A stretch of 64,000 nucleotides of DNA from Clostridia bacterium (GTDB lineage Bacteria > Bacillota > Clostridia > TANB77 > CAG-508): the NCBI GenBank assembly GCA_900754285.1, contig CAAECB010000080.1, positions 1,797 to 65,796 on the forward strand, given 5' to 3'. The notes below the pieces were generated by a model that saw nothing but the letters and a program-made list of their open reading frames with translations, searched no databases and was not told the origin of the DNA. This document shows positions 11,008 to 22,111 of the stretch, in pieces. Within the stretch, counting starts at the first letter, position 1. Every line of letters begins with the position of its first letter. The position numbers and the translations under genes were made by a program.

Positions 11008-14000
11008 TTATTCTTTTACCTCCTTTCTAATTTTTAAAACACCTATTCCAAATCCTATTAATGTTATTATTATAATAGTTGTAATAATTATCACTCTACC
11101 TGTTTTAATACTTAAAATAACATTTGCAGAACTTGTTTCATCATTATCTGTATCTTTTAAGTTTTGTGAATTTGTTGAGCTTAAAATTTCTGCTTTATTT
11201 TCAATTGTTCCTAAATTATTATTATTCATTTTTTTAGCTAAAATCAAATTTATTTCTTTTGTTTCTCCTGGATTTATCAAAACATCTTTTAAACTCATTG
11301 TATGTATATTTCCATCATTGCTTTGATACCATCCTGCATTTTGTGTTTTATCAAAAGACATTTCAGATGGTAAATAGTCAACTATTTCATTAACTTTACC
11401 TGCTATTTCTCCTTCATTTGTTACTATAATTTTGTAATTTATATAACATACTGTATTTTCTAACGTTTTTGCATTTATTTCTGCTTTAGCTAATTTACTA
11501 TTATTAAATGTTTTTGTGCTTTCTCCTTTGTTATCAGCAATTGTTATATTTGTTACTACTTTATCTAATTTAAAATCAAAATTTTTATTTTTTATAAATC
11601 CTGAATCTATATTTGTATATGAATCATCTTTAATTTCTATATAATTTGTTATAGCTAAATTTTCTCCATTAGATTTTGCTGCAATTGTATCTGAATTTTT
11701 ATAATCTTCTACATCTTCTTTTTGATATGTTGTCAATGAATATTCATTAGAATCATATTCAAATGCTACAATATATTTTCCATTTTTTACATTTTCAAAT
11801 TTATATTTTCCATTTTCATCTGTAATTGTTTCATAAATTTGCTTTCCTTCAGATGTAATTAATTTCACTTTCATTCCTGGAATACCTGTGTTTTCATCTC
11901 TTTCACCATTTTCATTTGTATCTATCCATGCCATTCCAGAAATTGTATTTGGTCCTAAATCTTCATTATTATCATCTGGATTTTTTACATTTTCTAACTT
12001 ATAAGATACTTCTTTTTGTATTGTATTTGTTGGAGCATCAATATATAGAATTGCTGAAATGTCTGTTTCTGTAGCTTTTGAGGTGTCTACAGTTGTTTTT
12101 ACAACTAGTTCAACTTCACTGTTTTTCCCTATTGTCAAATTTTTGTTTACTTTATTGTTTTTTATATCAGATATTTCTTCTCTTTTTCCATCTATTGTTA
12201 CATAAGCACTATCTATAACACATCCATTTGGTATTGTTACACCTATTGATATATCCCCTTCTATTGCACTATCACTTTTTATTGTTGTTGTAAAATCAAC
12301 TTTATCACCTGTTGTTAATGTTTCCTTTGTTTGACTTCCTTTAAAATCAACATTTAATCCTAAATTCTTTTGTATCAAATTTACCTCTATAGTATTTGCT
12401 GTATATATGTTATTATTATATTCTGATGTAAAATATATACTTGATTTTGCCTTTTCTTGATGTATATCCATATCTTGTAATTGAAAATCTTGTTGTATTT
12501 GTACTATTCCCGATGCCTCTAATTTTGGAACGTTTAATGTTATCTCATCATCTAAAACTTGTGTTACTTGTGATGTTTCTTCATCCATCAAACTTCCTTC
12601 TATATATGTCATTCCACTCATATATGCTTTTACTTTTACATTTGTTAATTCTGTATTTGTTAGGTTTTGCACATATAAAACAATTGGATATGTATCAGCT
12701 CCTGTATATGTTGCATCTTCTGACCTATATGGTACAGCATATACTTTAATTTTAGCTTCTTTTATTACATTATTTATTGTTTTATATTGATTTTTTATTC
12801 CATCATCTGCTCCTATTATTACAGTTCCTTGTGTATTTGAAGATGAATTTTCTTTTTTGTCTTTTACACCTACTTGATACTGTAATTCTACTGTTGCATT
12901 TGGCTCTATATCAATTTTGTTAGATACATATTGTTTACACTTCTCATCTTCTGAATATTGATAACTATCTACTACTTCATCATGTGGATTCTTTACTTTA
13001 TACACTTTCATATTATATAATGTTCCATTTTGTTGAGTTGCTGCTAAATATACATTTTTTAAAGTTTCATTTGATTTATTTGTTATTTTTGCTATATAAG
13101 ATATTGCTTGTCCATTATAAACTTCATCACCATCTTTTAGTTCTTGTGAACCAGATTTAGCTGTTATAGTTACATCAATTTTGTCACTATTTACATTATC
13201 TTCTGTAGTTGTAATTATATTATCTGTTGTACTATTTGCTGTATCATTAGTATCTGCACCATTATCTACTACCGCTTCTTGTTGCTTTGCAGGAACACTA
13301 AATAACACCTCATTTTTATCTTGTAAATCTTGTCCATTTATTTGATATGATATATCTTCTTTTACATATCCATCTATTCCATCAGCTAAATTTGCTGGAA
13401 TATTTACACTATAAGTAATATTTAAAACTTCTTTTGAAAGCATTTTTTCTAAAACAATTTTATATCTTTGAACAGTGTTAAAATCTTGAACATTTTCTAT
13501 CCAATTTTCTCCTTCCGCTTCTGTTGAATATAAAATTTTAACATCTTTGTTTGCTTTTATATTGTTTAAATATGACATTTGAATTCCATTTTTAGTTATA
13601 CTTCCTGTTATAATTACATTATCAATATCATATTCATTATTATTTACAACTGATATATTACGTTCTACATTTTTGCTATCTTGCTCACATTGTAATTCTA
13701 CTTTTTGAGAATCATAAGTCATAATTACATTATTATTTTCTGCACTTTGAGCTGCTACTCCATTATTTTCATCAATTTTTGTTTCAGAATAAGCAAATAG
13801 TCCATATTTTGCTATTCCTTTAACTTGTTTATTGATTGATTTCACATCATATCCTTCATTTGTAATATCTAATTGTATTTGTGATTCAAATGATGGTACA
13901 TTTTTGCTTAATTCAATATTTGCACTTACTACTATTTGAGCATCTTTATCAGTATCATTTTTGTAATCTGTTTGAGCTCCTGATAATGTTAGCAATATTT

Positions 14001-15381
14001 CTATACATCCATTTGCATTTACACTTTGTTGTGCTTTTACTATTTTTAATTGGTCATCATATAATAAATTTATAGAATTTACATTTACATTTTTTATTTG
14101 ATTTGGAAATGTTATTTTTACTACTGGATTTTTATATAAAGCGTCTGATATTTCCTTTGATTCTAATGTTGCTATCATTTCTACATTATTATTGATTTCC
14201 GTAGCTAAAAACTCTGTTTTATTTATTTCTAAATTTGCTTTTACTTCTTCTTTTCCTATATTTGTTTCAAATATAGTTTGATTTGTTTTTTCACTATAAT
14301 TTACTTTTTCTACATTTTGAATTTTTGTAAAATTATCTAATTGCTTATTTTCTATTTTACTGTTTGTAAAATATTTTTTTGTTTTTATTTCTAATTCTCC
14401 AACTTGTACTGGTGTTCCTGTTATTTTTAAATTTGCTTTTTCTGTATTTTCTGGGTAGTTTATTACAAATTGGTTTTCTTCTTCTTTTACCTCTACTCCT
14501 TCTATTTCATTTACTTCTAATTTTGCTTCTTCTCCAAATATTTTTCTAAATTGCTCTTTATTTATACTTGTACTTTCTAAAAATGTTGATGCTTCTATTT
14601 CTTTATTTTTTGTATCAACAAATTTTGTTTCCCCTAATTCTATAGAAATATCTTTAGTATCTTGTGTATTTACAATTTCTAAAACATTGTTTTCTTCTAT
14701 ATATGCTTTTTTAGCTGTTTCTATTGTAAAATATTGTTTTGGCAATTCTTGTGTTCCACTCAAATTTCCTGTTAAAAACTCTTGTGTTTCTTTAATTGTT
14801 ATATCTTCTGATATATTTTTTTCTACAACATCTTCTTTTTTATGAAATTTTGTTTTTACATTAACTCCAAAATTTTGGCTTCTTTCTTTTACTTCAACTT
14901 GCCCTTCATATGTATATATAATTTTATACAAATCTTCACCATTTCCATATGTTGCTTTATCTTCAATATTTACATTTGTTTCATTTACTATTGATAACTT
15001 ATTTGTATCTGCATCATATTTACTTTCTAAATAGTTTCCATTGTGAATTACTGCTATATTGCTTGGTTTTATTGTATCTAATTCTGGAACTACTACTTCT
15101 ATTTCTTCTTTTTCTTTAGGAAGTTCACTATTATTAGATTTTACCATTACATTTTGCTGCAATAATACACTATTTTCATTCACTTTAGTAAATTTTACAA
15201 CTTCTTGTTTTACCTCAGTATCTATATTTTCAATTAATTTATTAAATCTATCATCTTCTTGCACTTCCTGGTTTTCATCATATGCCACTACTATTCCATT
15301 TAATAAATTTAGTGAATTTATCATCAATATTGTTATTATTAATATTAATGCCATTGCTTTTCTTATTTTTAAATTCTCCAT
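11008..15381 (-). CDS. giant cell-surface protein, tandem partner of the adhesin, SdrD-B-like domain and C-terminal anchor
   Basis: 1457 aa. N-terminal signal/TM. IPGMKVKLITSEGK..ENGKYKFENVKNGKYIVAFEY (SdrD-B-like). C-terminus SIKTG + hydrophobic helix + KIRKEVKE. Stop is 1 nt from the start of the next gene. Confidence 0.75.
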   Translation of the reverse strand: MENLKIRKAMALILIITILMINSLNLLNGIVVAYDENQEVQEDDRFNKLIENIDTEVKQEVVKFTKVNENSVLLQQNVMVKSNNSELPKEKEEIEVVVPELDTIKPSNIAVIHNGNYLESKYDADTNKLSIVNETNVNIEDKATYGNGEDLYKIIYTYEGQVEVKERSQNFGVNVKTKFHKKEDVVEKNISEDITIKETQEFLTGNLSGTQELPKQYFTIETAKKAYIEENNVLEIVNTQDTKDISIELGETKFVDTKNKEIEASTFLESTSINKEQFRKIFGEEAKLEVNEIEGVEVKEEENQFVINYPENTEKANLKITGTPVQVGELEIKTKKYFTNSKIENKQLDNFTKIQNVEKVNYSEKTNQTIFETNIGKEEVKANLEINKTEFLATEINNNVEMIATLESKEISDALYKNPVVKITFPNQIKNVNVNSINLLYDDQLKIVKAQQSVNANGCIEILLTLSGAQTDYKNDTDKDAQIVVSANIELSKNVPSFESQIQLDITNEGYDVKSINKQVKGIAKYGLFAYSETKIDENNGVAAQSAENNNVIMTYDSQKVELQCEQDSKNVERNISVVNNNEYDIDNVIITGSITKNGIQMSYLNNIKANKDVKILYSTEAEGENWIENVQDFNTVQRYKIVLEKMLSKEVLNITYSVNIPANLADGIDGYVKEDISYQINGQDLQDKNEVLFSVPAKQQEAVVDNGADTNDTANSTTDNIITTTEDNVNSDKIDVTITAKSGSQELKDGDEVYNGQAISYIAKITNKSNETLKNVYLAATQQNGTLYNMKVYKVKNPHDEVVDSYQYSEDEKCKQYVSNKIDIEPNATVELQYQVGVKDKKENSSSNTQGTVIIGADDGIKNQYKTINNVIKEAKIKVYAVPYRSEDATYTGADTYPIVLYVQNLTNTELTNVKVKAYMSGMTYIEGSLMDEETSQVTQVLDDEITLNVPKLEASGIVQIQQDFQLQDMDIHQEKAKSSIYFTSEYNNNIYTANTIEVNLIQKNLGLNVDFKGSQTKETLTTGDKVDFTTTIKSDSAIEGDISIGVTIPNGCVIDSAYVTIDGKREEISDIKNNKVNKNLTIGKNSEVELVVKTTVDTSKATETDISAILYIDAPTNTIQKEVSYKLENVKNPDDNNEDLGPNTISGMAWIDTNENGERDENTGIPGMKVKLITSEGKQIYETITDENGKYKFENVKNGKYIVAFEYDSNEYSLTTYQKEDVEDYKNSDTIAAKSNGENLAITNYIEIKDDSYTNIDSGFIKNKNFDFKLDKVVTNITIADNKGESTKTFNNSKLAKAEINAKTLENTVCYINYKIIVTNEGEIAGKVNEIVDYLPSEMSFDKTQNAGWYQSNDGNIHTMSLKDVLINPGETKEINLILAKKMNNNNLGTIENKAEILSSTNSQNLKDTDNDETSSANVILSIKTGRVIIITTIIIITLIGFGIGVLKIRKEVKE

Positions 15382-15577
15382 AATAAATCCCTTCCTTTTT
15401 TATTATACATTTATCACTATTTTCTCACATATAATATACAATAATCTAAAAAATAAAATCAATATCAATTTTTGCCAGTTTGATTTTTTAGACTTTTTCA
15501 GCCTAGGGAAGGTTTTTTTTTGACATTTTTTTCAAATTCATTAAGTTTTTGTTACAATTATATTACATACCTTTTTA

Positions 15578-15609
15578 TATTCTAGGAAGTTAAAAAAACT
15601 TTCCTAGAA
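15578..15609. repeat. palindromic element ATTCTAGGAAGTT-N6-AACTTTCCTAGAAT (copy 1)
   Basis: Perfect 13-bp arms. A second copy lies at 63911-63950. Both adjoin the intergenic repeat family. Confidence 0.7.
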
Positions 15610-15610
15610 T

Positions 15611-15657
15611 AGAACAAAAGCGGACATCAGTAACATTGGCACTTATTAAAACATTTT
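15611..15657 (+). repeat. intergenic repeat family, partial copy A (5' half)
   Basis: agaacaaaagcggacatcagtaacattggcacttattaaaacatttta aligns with the first half of the full copies at 17485 and 63801. Confidence 0.75.
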
Positions 15658-15814
15658 AGTTTGATGCAAAATATGCTACTTCATATAAATATTTAGATGT
15701 ATCACCATCTTTATCTATATTTTTTTCTTAAAATAATAGCAAAAAATTATATATCATGTTATAATATAAAAGATGGGTTTATAGATACCTAAAAATCTAA
15801 ATATATATATAAGG

Positions 15815-17476
15815 ATGAAAATAACTATGCCAAATCAAATAATAGCAAATACAGAAAAAGTTATAGAGCAAGAAACTATAGAAAAAAATACTGAACAAGA
15901 AAAAACAAATAGTATAGTTAATGAAGATATTACAATAAAAGAAGAAACAGAAAGCAAAAATAATAGTGAAAAAATTACTCCTGTAGAAGAATATTTGCAA
16001 ATATCTCAAACTGAAGAACCTAAACAAACTCATACTACAGCATTACAAGTGATTTTAATAATAGCATCAATAATATTAGCAATATTTTTAATTTTCTTTT
16101 TAACTTTTACAATTGTAAACACAAAAAGCAACAAAATAATATCAAATATATTTATACAAAATTATGATATATCAAATTTAACACAAGAAGATGCAGTTAA
16201 AAAAATGAATAATATAATAACAAGTCAAATACCTGAAGAAATAACATTGAAACATAATGATTATGAAACTTCTATATCAACAAAAGAATTAAACATTCAA
16301 TTTGATACAACAACTGCTGTAAATGATGCTTACAAAGTCGGTAGAACAGGCAATTTATTGCAAAATGATTTAACAATATTAGAAACAAAATTACAAAGAA
16401 AACAATTTTCTTTAAAATTATCTTTAGATACAGATACATTAAAAAAACAATTACAAGATATTTCTGGAAAACTACCTGACAAAGTAAAAGAAAGTAGTTA
16501 TTACATAGAAGGCTCTAATCTAATTTTGACAAAAGGGGAAACAGGAGTCGTTGTTGATGTTGATAAAACTGCTTCTGAAATTATAGAACAAATTCAAAAC
16601 TTAAATGTAAAAAATAATTCAATAGAAATCTCTACTGAAGAAAAATCACCTAGTGCTTTAGATATTGATAGTATTCATTCAGAACTTTACTCTGAAGCCA
16701 AAGATGCTTACTTTACACAAAATCCCTATGCAATTTTTCCAAGTGAAAATGGTGTTGATTTTGCAATTAGTATAGATGAAGCAAAAGCTATGTTACAAGA
16801 GGATAAAGAAGAATATGCAATTCCTCTAAAAGTACTTTACCCAAGTGTTACTACAAATATGCTAGGCTCTGAAGCTTTTCCTAATCTTTTGTCACAATAC
16901 TCTACAAGCTATTCTACAAGAGATCAAAAAAGAACAACTAATTTAAGATTAGCTGCTAATAAAATAAATGGTACTGTTTTAATGCCTGGTGAGACTTTTT
17001 CTTATAATAAAGTTGTTGGAGAAAGAACTATTGCTGCTGGATATCAAGAAGCTCCTATTTATGTTAGTGGAAAAGTTGTTGATGGTTTAGGTGGTGGTAT
17101 TTGCCAAATTACTACAACACTATATAATGCTGTAGTTTATGCCAATTTAGATATTGTGGAAAGAAGTAATCATCAATTTGTTCCTTCTTATGCTCCTGCA
17201 AGTCGTGATGCTACAGTTGTTTATGGTTCAATTGATTTTAAATTTAAAAATAACCGCGACTACCCTATTAAAATTATTTGCTCTGTTCAAAATGGTATTG
17301 CTAATTTTCAAATTTATGGTTTGAAAACTGATAATGATTATGAAGTTACTATTTCTAACAGAGTTACTGGTACTACTTCTAATGCAATCTATTCACAAGC
17401 TTACAAAATTCTAAAACAAAATGGTCAAGTTGTTAGTTCTACTTTGCTTTCTCAAGATGTATACAAAAGACATTAA
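15815..17476 (+). CDS. VanW-family protein with N-terminal TM anchor (start may be ATG 15827)
   Basis: C-terminal VanW signature region GETFSYNKVVGERT..GYQEAPIY..GGGICQITTTLYNA. TM helix ALQVILIIASIILAIFLIFFLTF. Confidence 0.85.
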   Translation: MKITMPNQIIANTEKVIEQETIEKNTEQEKTNSIVNEDITIKEETESKNNSEKITPVEEYLQISQTEEPKQTHTTALQVILIIASIILAIFLIFFLTFTIVNTKSNKIISNIFIQNYDISNLTQEDAVKKMNNIITSQIPEEITLKHNDYETSISTKELNIQFDTTTAVNDAYKVGRTGNLLQNDLTILETKLQRKQFSLKLSLDTDTLKKQLQDISGKLPDKVKESSYYIEGSNLILTKGETGVVVDVDKTASEIIEQIQNLNVKNNSIEISTEEKSPSALDIDSIHSELYSEAKDAYFTQNPYAIFPSENGVDFAISIDEAKAMLQEDKEEYAIPLKVLYPSVTTNMLGSEAFPNLLSQYSTSYSTRDQKRTTNLRLAANKINGTVLMPGETFSYNKVVGERTIAAGYQEAPIYVSGKVVDGLGGGICQITTTLYNAVVYANLDIVERSNHQFVPSYAPASRDATVVYGSIDFKFKNNRDYPIKIICSVQNGIANFQIYGLKTDNDYEVTISNRVTGTTSNAIYSQAYKILKQNGQVVSSTLLSQDVYKRH

Positions 17477-17484
17477 AAAGGTAA

Positions 17485-17589
17485 AGAACAAAAGCGGACA
17501 TTAACAGCATTGGCACTTATTAGAACATTTTAAAGTCCGCGTATTTGTTCGCGCACGAAATTTGCAAAGCAAATTTCTGTGCATTGTTA
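17485..17589 (+). repeat. intergenic repeat family, full copy B (~105 nt, two predicted hairpins)
   Basis: ~90% identical by eye to 63801-63906. Hairpin 1 gcggac..gtccgc, hairpin 2 gcacgaaatttgc-aaa-gcaaatttctgtgc. Confidence 0.85.
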
Positions 17590-17591
17590 AT

Positions 17592-17630
17592 AGAACTATT
17601 AGTATAAAATACTAATAGTTCTTATTTTTT
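17592..17630 (+). terminator. rho-independent terminator after VanW gene
   Basis: 13-bp stem agaactattagta / tactaatagttct, loop taaaa, followed by tattttttt. Confidence 0.75.
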
Positions 17631-19014
17631 ACATTGTTAGAACCCCATTTGGAGTATCTTTAATAACTAAAATATCTTCTTCTCTACCATTTTCTGCATT
17701 AATATATACTAAAAATTCAGTATTATCTACTTTACCTTTAAATTCATAACACAAAATTTCAGTCTTCCATTCTGTAGGAATATATGCCATTCCTTCACTT
17801 TCTATATTAAGTTGTTTATTTAAAGTTTTTTTAGCATCTTCTTTAGAAATTTTGATTTTTGAAATATCTCTTATAGTATGATTATTTAAATATCCTGTAG
17901 TTTCAATACCTAAAACTTCTCCATTATCTAAAGCAACTTTAACTTTAATTAAATCTGGATACATTACAACTCCATCTTGATTATAAGCATAATTTATAGT
18001 CATTATTCCATTTTGTTTTAAATAATATGTTTCTTTCATATTTTCAAAGCCATGTTTAGATAAAAAATTTTTTCCAATATTGTCTGCATCATCTTGTGAG
18101 ATTATTTCAGAAGTAACTTCTCTATCATAATTCATATAAATTACATGTCCACCTTTTTGAGAAATAGAAACACTTATATTTTTATCATCATTAGTTTGGA
18201 CAGAAAATGTGTAAGAAGGAATTGTTGCATTTTCTGATAATCCTAAACTTGAAATCTCTTTTATTTTATCTTGATTAATTAATTGTGTTACAACTTGTTT
18301 TGCTTTTTCTTCATCAATATTTTCTCCTGTTAGTCCTTTTTTCTCTTCATTAGTCAAATGTTCAGAAAATGCTCCATCATAAATTAATCCTGAATACTCA
18401 TGAAAATTCTCTTCTAGATTACTAAATCCATCTTTACTTTCTGTACTTACTTGTTGTGCAAATGCTGCATTACCTTTTTTGGTTAACTCTCCCCATTTAA
18501 TTCTTCCTGAATTAATATCTTCTGATAATTGATTCAAAATACTTTCTAGTTCTAAACTATAATCATGTAATTCTTTTAGATTCTTCAAGTCCTCTTCTCC
18601 TAAGCTTTCATCATAAATATTTTTGCGTGATAAAGAATAACTATAATCACTTACTTGATTTAAAAACTTTTGTGTTTTTTCAAGTTCCTGGCTCTCTATT
18701 GGTAATCTTGATAAATATGTCTGTGCCATATTGGCTTCTCTCCATAAACTTGTTAGTGTTTCTGCTCCATGTTGTGGTGTTGTTGATATTAATGATTTTG
18801 CCAAATATGTTTCTACATTTTCTACATAATCTACTAATTCATAAAATGCCATATTATAAGTATCTTCTGAAACTTGTCTTGCTTGTACTTGTTTTTGATA
18901 TAATAATATTCCTAATATAATTATTATTAGCAAAAATACTCCTATTACACTTAGCATATGCCCTTTTTTTAATCTATCTACCCAATCTTGAATTTTATTC
19001 ATATAAATTTTCAT
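17629..19014 (-). CDS. ypeB: spore germination protein YpeB
   Basis: 461 aa. N-terminal TM, YpeB-like N-domain (SLWREANMAQTYLSRLP), C-terminal PepSY-like repeats. Directly downstream of the sleB-like gene. Confidence 0.8.
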   Translation of the reverse strand: MKIYMNKIQDWVDRLKKGHMLSVIGVFLLIIIILGILLYQKQVQARQVSEDTYNMAFYELVDYVENVETYLAKSLISTTPQHGAETLTSLWREANMAQTYLSRLPIESQELEKTQKFLNQVSDYSYSLSRKNIYDESLGEEDLKNLKELHDYSLELESILNQLSEDINSGRIKWGELTKKGNAAFAQQVSTESKDGFSNLEENFHEYSGLIYDGAFSEHLTNEEKKGLTGENIDEEKAKQVVTQLINQDKIKEISSLGLSENATIPSYTFSVQTNDDKNISVSISQKGGHVIYMNYDREVTSEIISQDDADNIGKNFLSKHGFENMKETYYLKQNGIMTINYAYNQDGVVMYPDLIKVKVALDNGEVLGIETTGYLNNHTIRDISKIKISKEDAKKTLNKQLNIESEGMAYIPTEWKTEILCYEFKGKVDNTEFLVYINAENGREEDILVIKDTPNGVLTM

Positions 19015-19085
19015 TCCTTTCCTTTATTGAAATTTTTTATAATGTAAATTTTATAAAACTCCATTTTCCGCTTATCCATTCTTTA

Positions 19086-19628
19086 TTATTTGCAAAATCT
19101 GTGTTTACCTATTGTTTTTACTAATGGCCTTGACCATATCCATTTATTTGTTGCTGTTGCAGGATTAAAATAATATATACATCCACCTGTTGGATCCCAT
19201 CCATTCATTGCATCTCTAGCAGCTTTATATACTGTTGAATTTTCTGCTATTGGCTTATTTATTTGTCCATCTGATACTGCTGTAAAAGCACCTTTTTGAT
19301 ATATTACTCCTGCTATCGTATTAGGGAACTGCGAACTTTTTACTCTGTTTAATATAACTGCTCCTACTGCAACTTGTCCCTCGTATGGTTCTCCTCTTGC
19401 TTCTCCATTAATTGCTCTTGCCATTAATTGTACATCTGATGTAGAGTTCGTACTTTTTGCATATGTTATACTAGAATATTTTTTATTACTTTTTTTAAAT
19501 ATGTTTTCCACAAATAACCCACATACTGTGAATAACATTATTACTAATAAACTTATTAATATTTTTTTTATCTTTTTCAAATTATCACCTCTTTCTATAT
19601 TTTGTATTTTTTTCAAAAAAATATACAT
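19086..19628 (-). CDS. sleB: spore cortex-lytic enzyme SleB-like cell wall hydrolase (start probably TTG at 19580)
   Basis: Hydrolase_2 signature ARAINGEARGEPYEGQVAVGAVILNRV..FPNTIAGVIYQKGAFTAV. RBS agaggtga precedes the TTG. Confidence 0.85.
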   Translation of the reverse strand: MYIFLKKIQNIERGDNLKKIKKILISLLVIMLFTVCGLFVENIFKKSNKKYSSITYAKSTNSTSDVQLMARAINGEARGEPYEGQVAVGAVILNRVKSSQFPNTIAGVIYQKGAFTAVSDGQINKPIAENSTVYKAARDAMNGWDPTGGCIYYFNPATATNKWIWSRPLVKTIGKHRFCK

Positions 19629-19698
19629 TATTTTTTTAATTTGCTTGTTTTTTTACAAAATATATTATATAGTAATAACCATAGATTGAGAGGAAAAT

Positions 19699-20841
19699 AT
19701 GGATACAGATAAAAAGAAAATTATAATATTTTATGCATCATATGGAGGTGGACACCTAAATGCAGCAAAGTCACTAGAAACATGTCTAAAAGCAGAACAT
19801 CCGAATTTTGAAGTTGAACTAATTGATTGCATGAAATATGTAAATATAGGAATTGAAAAAATCACAACAACAGCATACAAAGAAATTACAAAAAAAATGC
19901 CATGGGCATGGGGAAAATTATATGCAGATTCTCAAAAAGGAATATTAGCACATTTATCAAGTAGAACAAATAAATTTTTTGCAATAAAATTGCTAAAATT
20001 ATTAAGAGAAAAACGACCAGATATAATAATTTCAACACATTTTTTTGGAAGTCAAATGTGTAGTTATTTAAAAAGAAAAGGAAAAATAAATGCAAAATTA
20101 GCAACAATAATGACAGATTTTGCTCCACATGGTCAATGGCTAATTGGTAGTAATAATATTGATTATTATTTTGTTGCTCATCAAGGTATGAAAACATATT
20201 TAATATCACAAAATATTTCTGAAGAAAAAATATTTGTTACAGGTATTCCTATTTCAAATAGATTTTTATTAGATTTTAATAAACAAGAAATATTAGAAAA
20301 TTTTAATCTGTCTAAAAATAGAAAAAACATTTTATTTTTTGGTGGTGGGGAATTTGGTCTAGGAAAAGCTAGGACCGTAGAAATCTTTGAATCCCTAGTA
20401 AAAAATATAAATAATAATTATTCTATTATTGCTGTTGCTGGTAAAAATGAAAAAATGAAACAACATTTTGAAGAAGTTGTTTCTAAATATAACAAACAAG
20501 AATATGTGCGTGTACTTGGTTTTACTAATCAAGTTCCAGAATTAATGCATATCTGTGAATTTGTAGTTACAAAACCAGGTGGTCTTACAACTTCAGAAAG
20601 TTTAGCATGTAATTTACCAATGGTTATTATTAACCCTCTTCCTGGTCAAGAAGAAGAAAATGCAGAACTTCTTGTAAAAAATGGTATTGCTATTTGGATA
20701 AAAAAAGATGATAATCCTCAAGTAATTTTTGAACAACTTTTTTCTAATCCAGAAAAACTAAAAATTATGAAACAAAATACTAATATTTTAGCTAAACCTT
20801 TTTCAACTAAAAATATTTGTGAAATTATATTAGAACACTAG
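19699..20841 (+). CDS. diacylglycerol glycosyltransferase (MGDG-synthase / UgtP-like)
   Basis: KKIIIFYASYGGGHLNAAKSL N-terminus and C-terminal GT28-like KPGGLTTSESLACNLPMVIINPLPGQEEENA. Confidence 0.8.
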   Translation: MDTDKKKIIIFYASYGGGHLNAAKSLETCLKAEHPNFEVELIDCMKYVNIGIEKITTTAYKEITKKMPWAWGKLYADSQKGILAHLSSRTNKFFAIKLLKLLREKRPDIIISTHFFGSQMCSYLKRKGKINAKLATIMTDFAPHGQWLIGSNNIDYYFVAHQGMKTYLISQNISEEKIFVTGIPISNRFLLDFNKQEILENFNLSKNRKNILFFGGGEFGLGKARTVEIFESLVKNINNNYSIIAVAGKNEKMKQHFEEVVSKYNKQEYVRVLGFTNQVPELMHICEFVVTKPGGLTTSESLACNLPMVIINPLPGQEEENAELLVKNGIAIWIKKDDNPQVIFEQLFSNPEKLKIMKQNTNILAKPFSTKNICEIILEH

Positions 20842-20851
20842 CATAATATTT

Positions 20852-20902
20852 AGAACAAAAGCAGACATTAATAACCTTAGCACTTATTAAAAGATTTTAA
20901 AG
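20852..20902 (+). repeat. intergenic repeat family, partial copy C
   Basis: agaacaaaagcagacattaataaccttagcacttattaaaagattttaaag matches the 5' half of the family. Followed by the hairpin aagagcc..ggctctt. Confidence 0.7.
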
Positions 20903-20972
20903 AGCCTCACTTCCAAAAGTTTGGCTCTTTTATCTATTAAAATTTGCTCTAATTTTAAAAACAAATTTATTA

Positions 20973-21581
20973 TTAAATTTCTCTTCTACCTTCTAGTGCT
21001 TTAGTCAAAGTAACTTCATCTGTATACTCCAAGTCTCCTCCAACAGGAACTCCATGAGCAATTCTAGTAACCTTAATTCCTAAAGGCTTAATTAATTTAG
21101 ACAAATACATAGCCGTAGCTTCACCCTCAACTCTAGGATTTGTAGCTAATATAACTTCTTTAACTTGTCCATCCATAAGTCTAGAAAGTAATTCTTTAAT
21201 TTTAATATCATCTGGTCCCACACCATTCATAGGAGAAATAGAACCATGTAAAACATGATATACACCTTTAAATTCATGTGTTTTTTCCATTGCCACAATA
21301 TCTCTTACATCTTCAACTACACATATAGAAGATGCATCTCTTTTTGGATTACTGCAAATTGGACATGGGTCAGTATCTGAAATATTAAAACATTTACTAC
21401 AATATTTCAAATTTTTCTTTGCCTCTAATATAGAATTTACAAATTTGCTTGTTTCTTCTTCTGTTGAATTTAATATATAAAATGCAAGTCTAGCAGCAGT
21501 CTTATGACCAATGCTAGGCAATCTTTCAAAACTTTCTATTAGTCTTTCTATTGATGGTGAATATAATGACATTCCATTCAC
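20973..21581 (-). CDS. recR: recombination protein RecR
   Basis: Hh[16 protein letters not shown]4 zinc finger [16 protein letters not shown], Toprim region. Conserved dnaX-ybaB-recR order. Confidence 0.95.
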   Translation of the reverse strand: MNGMSLYSPSIERLIESFERLPSIGHKTAARLAFYILNSTEEETSKFVNSILEAKKNLKYCSKCFNISDTDPCPICSNPKRDASSICVVEDVRDIVAMEKTHEFKGVYHVLHGSISPMNGVGPDDIKIKELLSRLMDGQVKEVILATNPRVEGEATAMYLSKLIKPLGIKVTRIAHGVPVGGDLEYTDEVTLTKALEGRREI

Positions 21582-21668
21582 GCCCTTTCCCTAAAGCATA
21601 TATCATTTACGATTTTTGTGCACTGTTATTTTTTATTCTTTAATAACCTGCTATTATCAAAATTAAAA

Positions 21669-22022
21669 TTACATCAAACCAGGTATATTAAATTTACCTA
21701 ATTCAGCAGCTTGAGCAGAATCAACTTTTCTTAAAGCTTCATTAACACAAGTTAAAATTAAATCTTCTAGCATTTCTACATCATCTGGATCAACCACATC
21801 TTTTTGAATTTTAATTTCTTTTAAAGTTTTATCTCCTGAAACTTTAACACTAATAGCTCCTCCTCCAGCAGTTGCGTCAAATTCTTTTTGAGCTAATTCT
21901 TCTTGTGATTTTTCCATACTTACTTGCATTTTTTTAGCTTCTTTCATTAAATTATTTATATTCATTCCTCCGAATCCGCCCATACCTCCTGGGAATCCAC
22001 CTCTTTTTGCCATTTTTATCAC
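21669..22022 (-). CDS. ybaB: nucleoid-associated protein YbaB/EbfC
   Basis: ~115 aa. NINNLMKEAKKMQ..ATAGGGAISVKVSGDKTLKEIKI pattern. Lies between dnaX and recR. Confidence 0.9.
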   Translation of the reverse strand: MIKMAKRGGFPGGMGGFGGMNINNLMKEAKKMQVSMEKSQEELAQKEFDATAGGGAISVKVSGDKTLKEIKIQKDVVDPDDVEMLEDLILTCVNEALRKVDSAQAAELGKFNIPGLM

Positions 22023-22111
22023 ATTCCTTTCACTTATATTTTAATAAATTAGACATTTTCTACTTTCATATTTTAAGAACTTTATTAAAATATGAAAACA
22101 ATTTTTTATGC

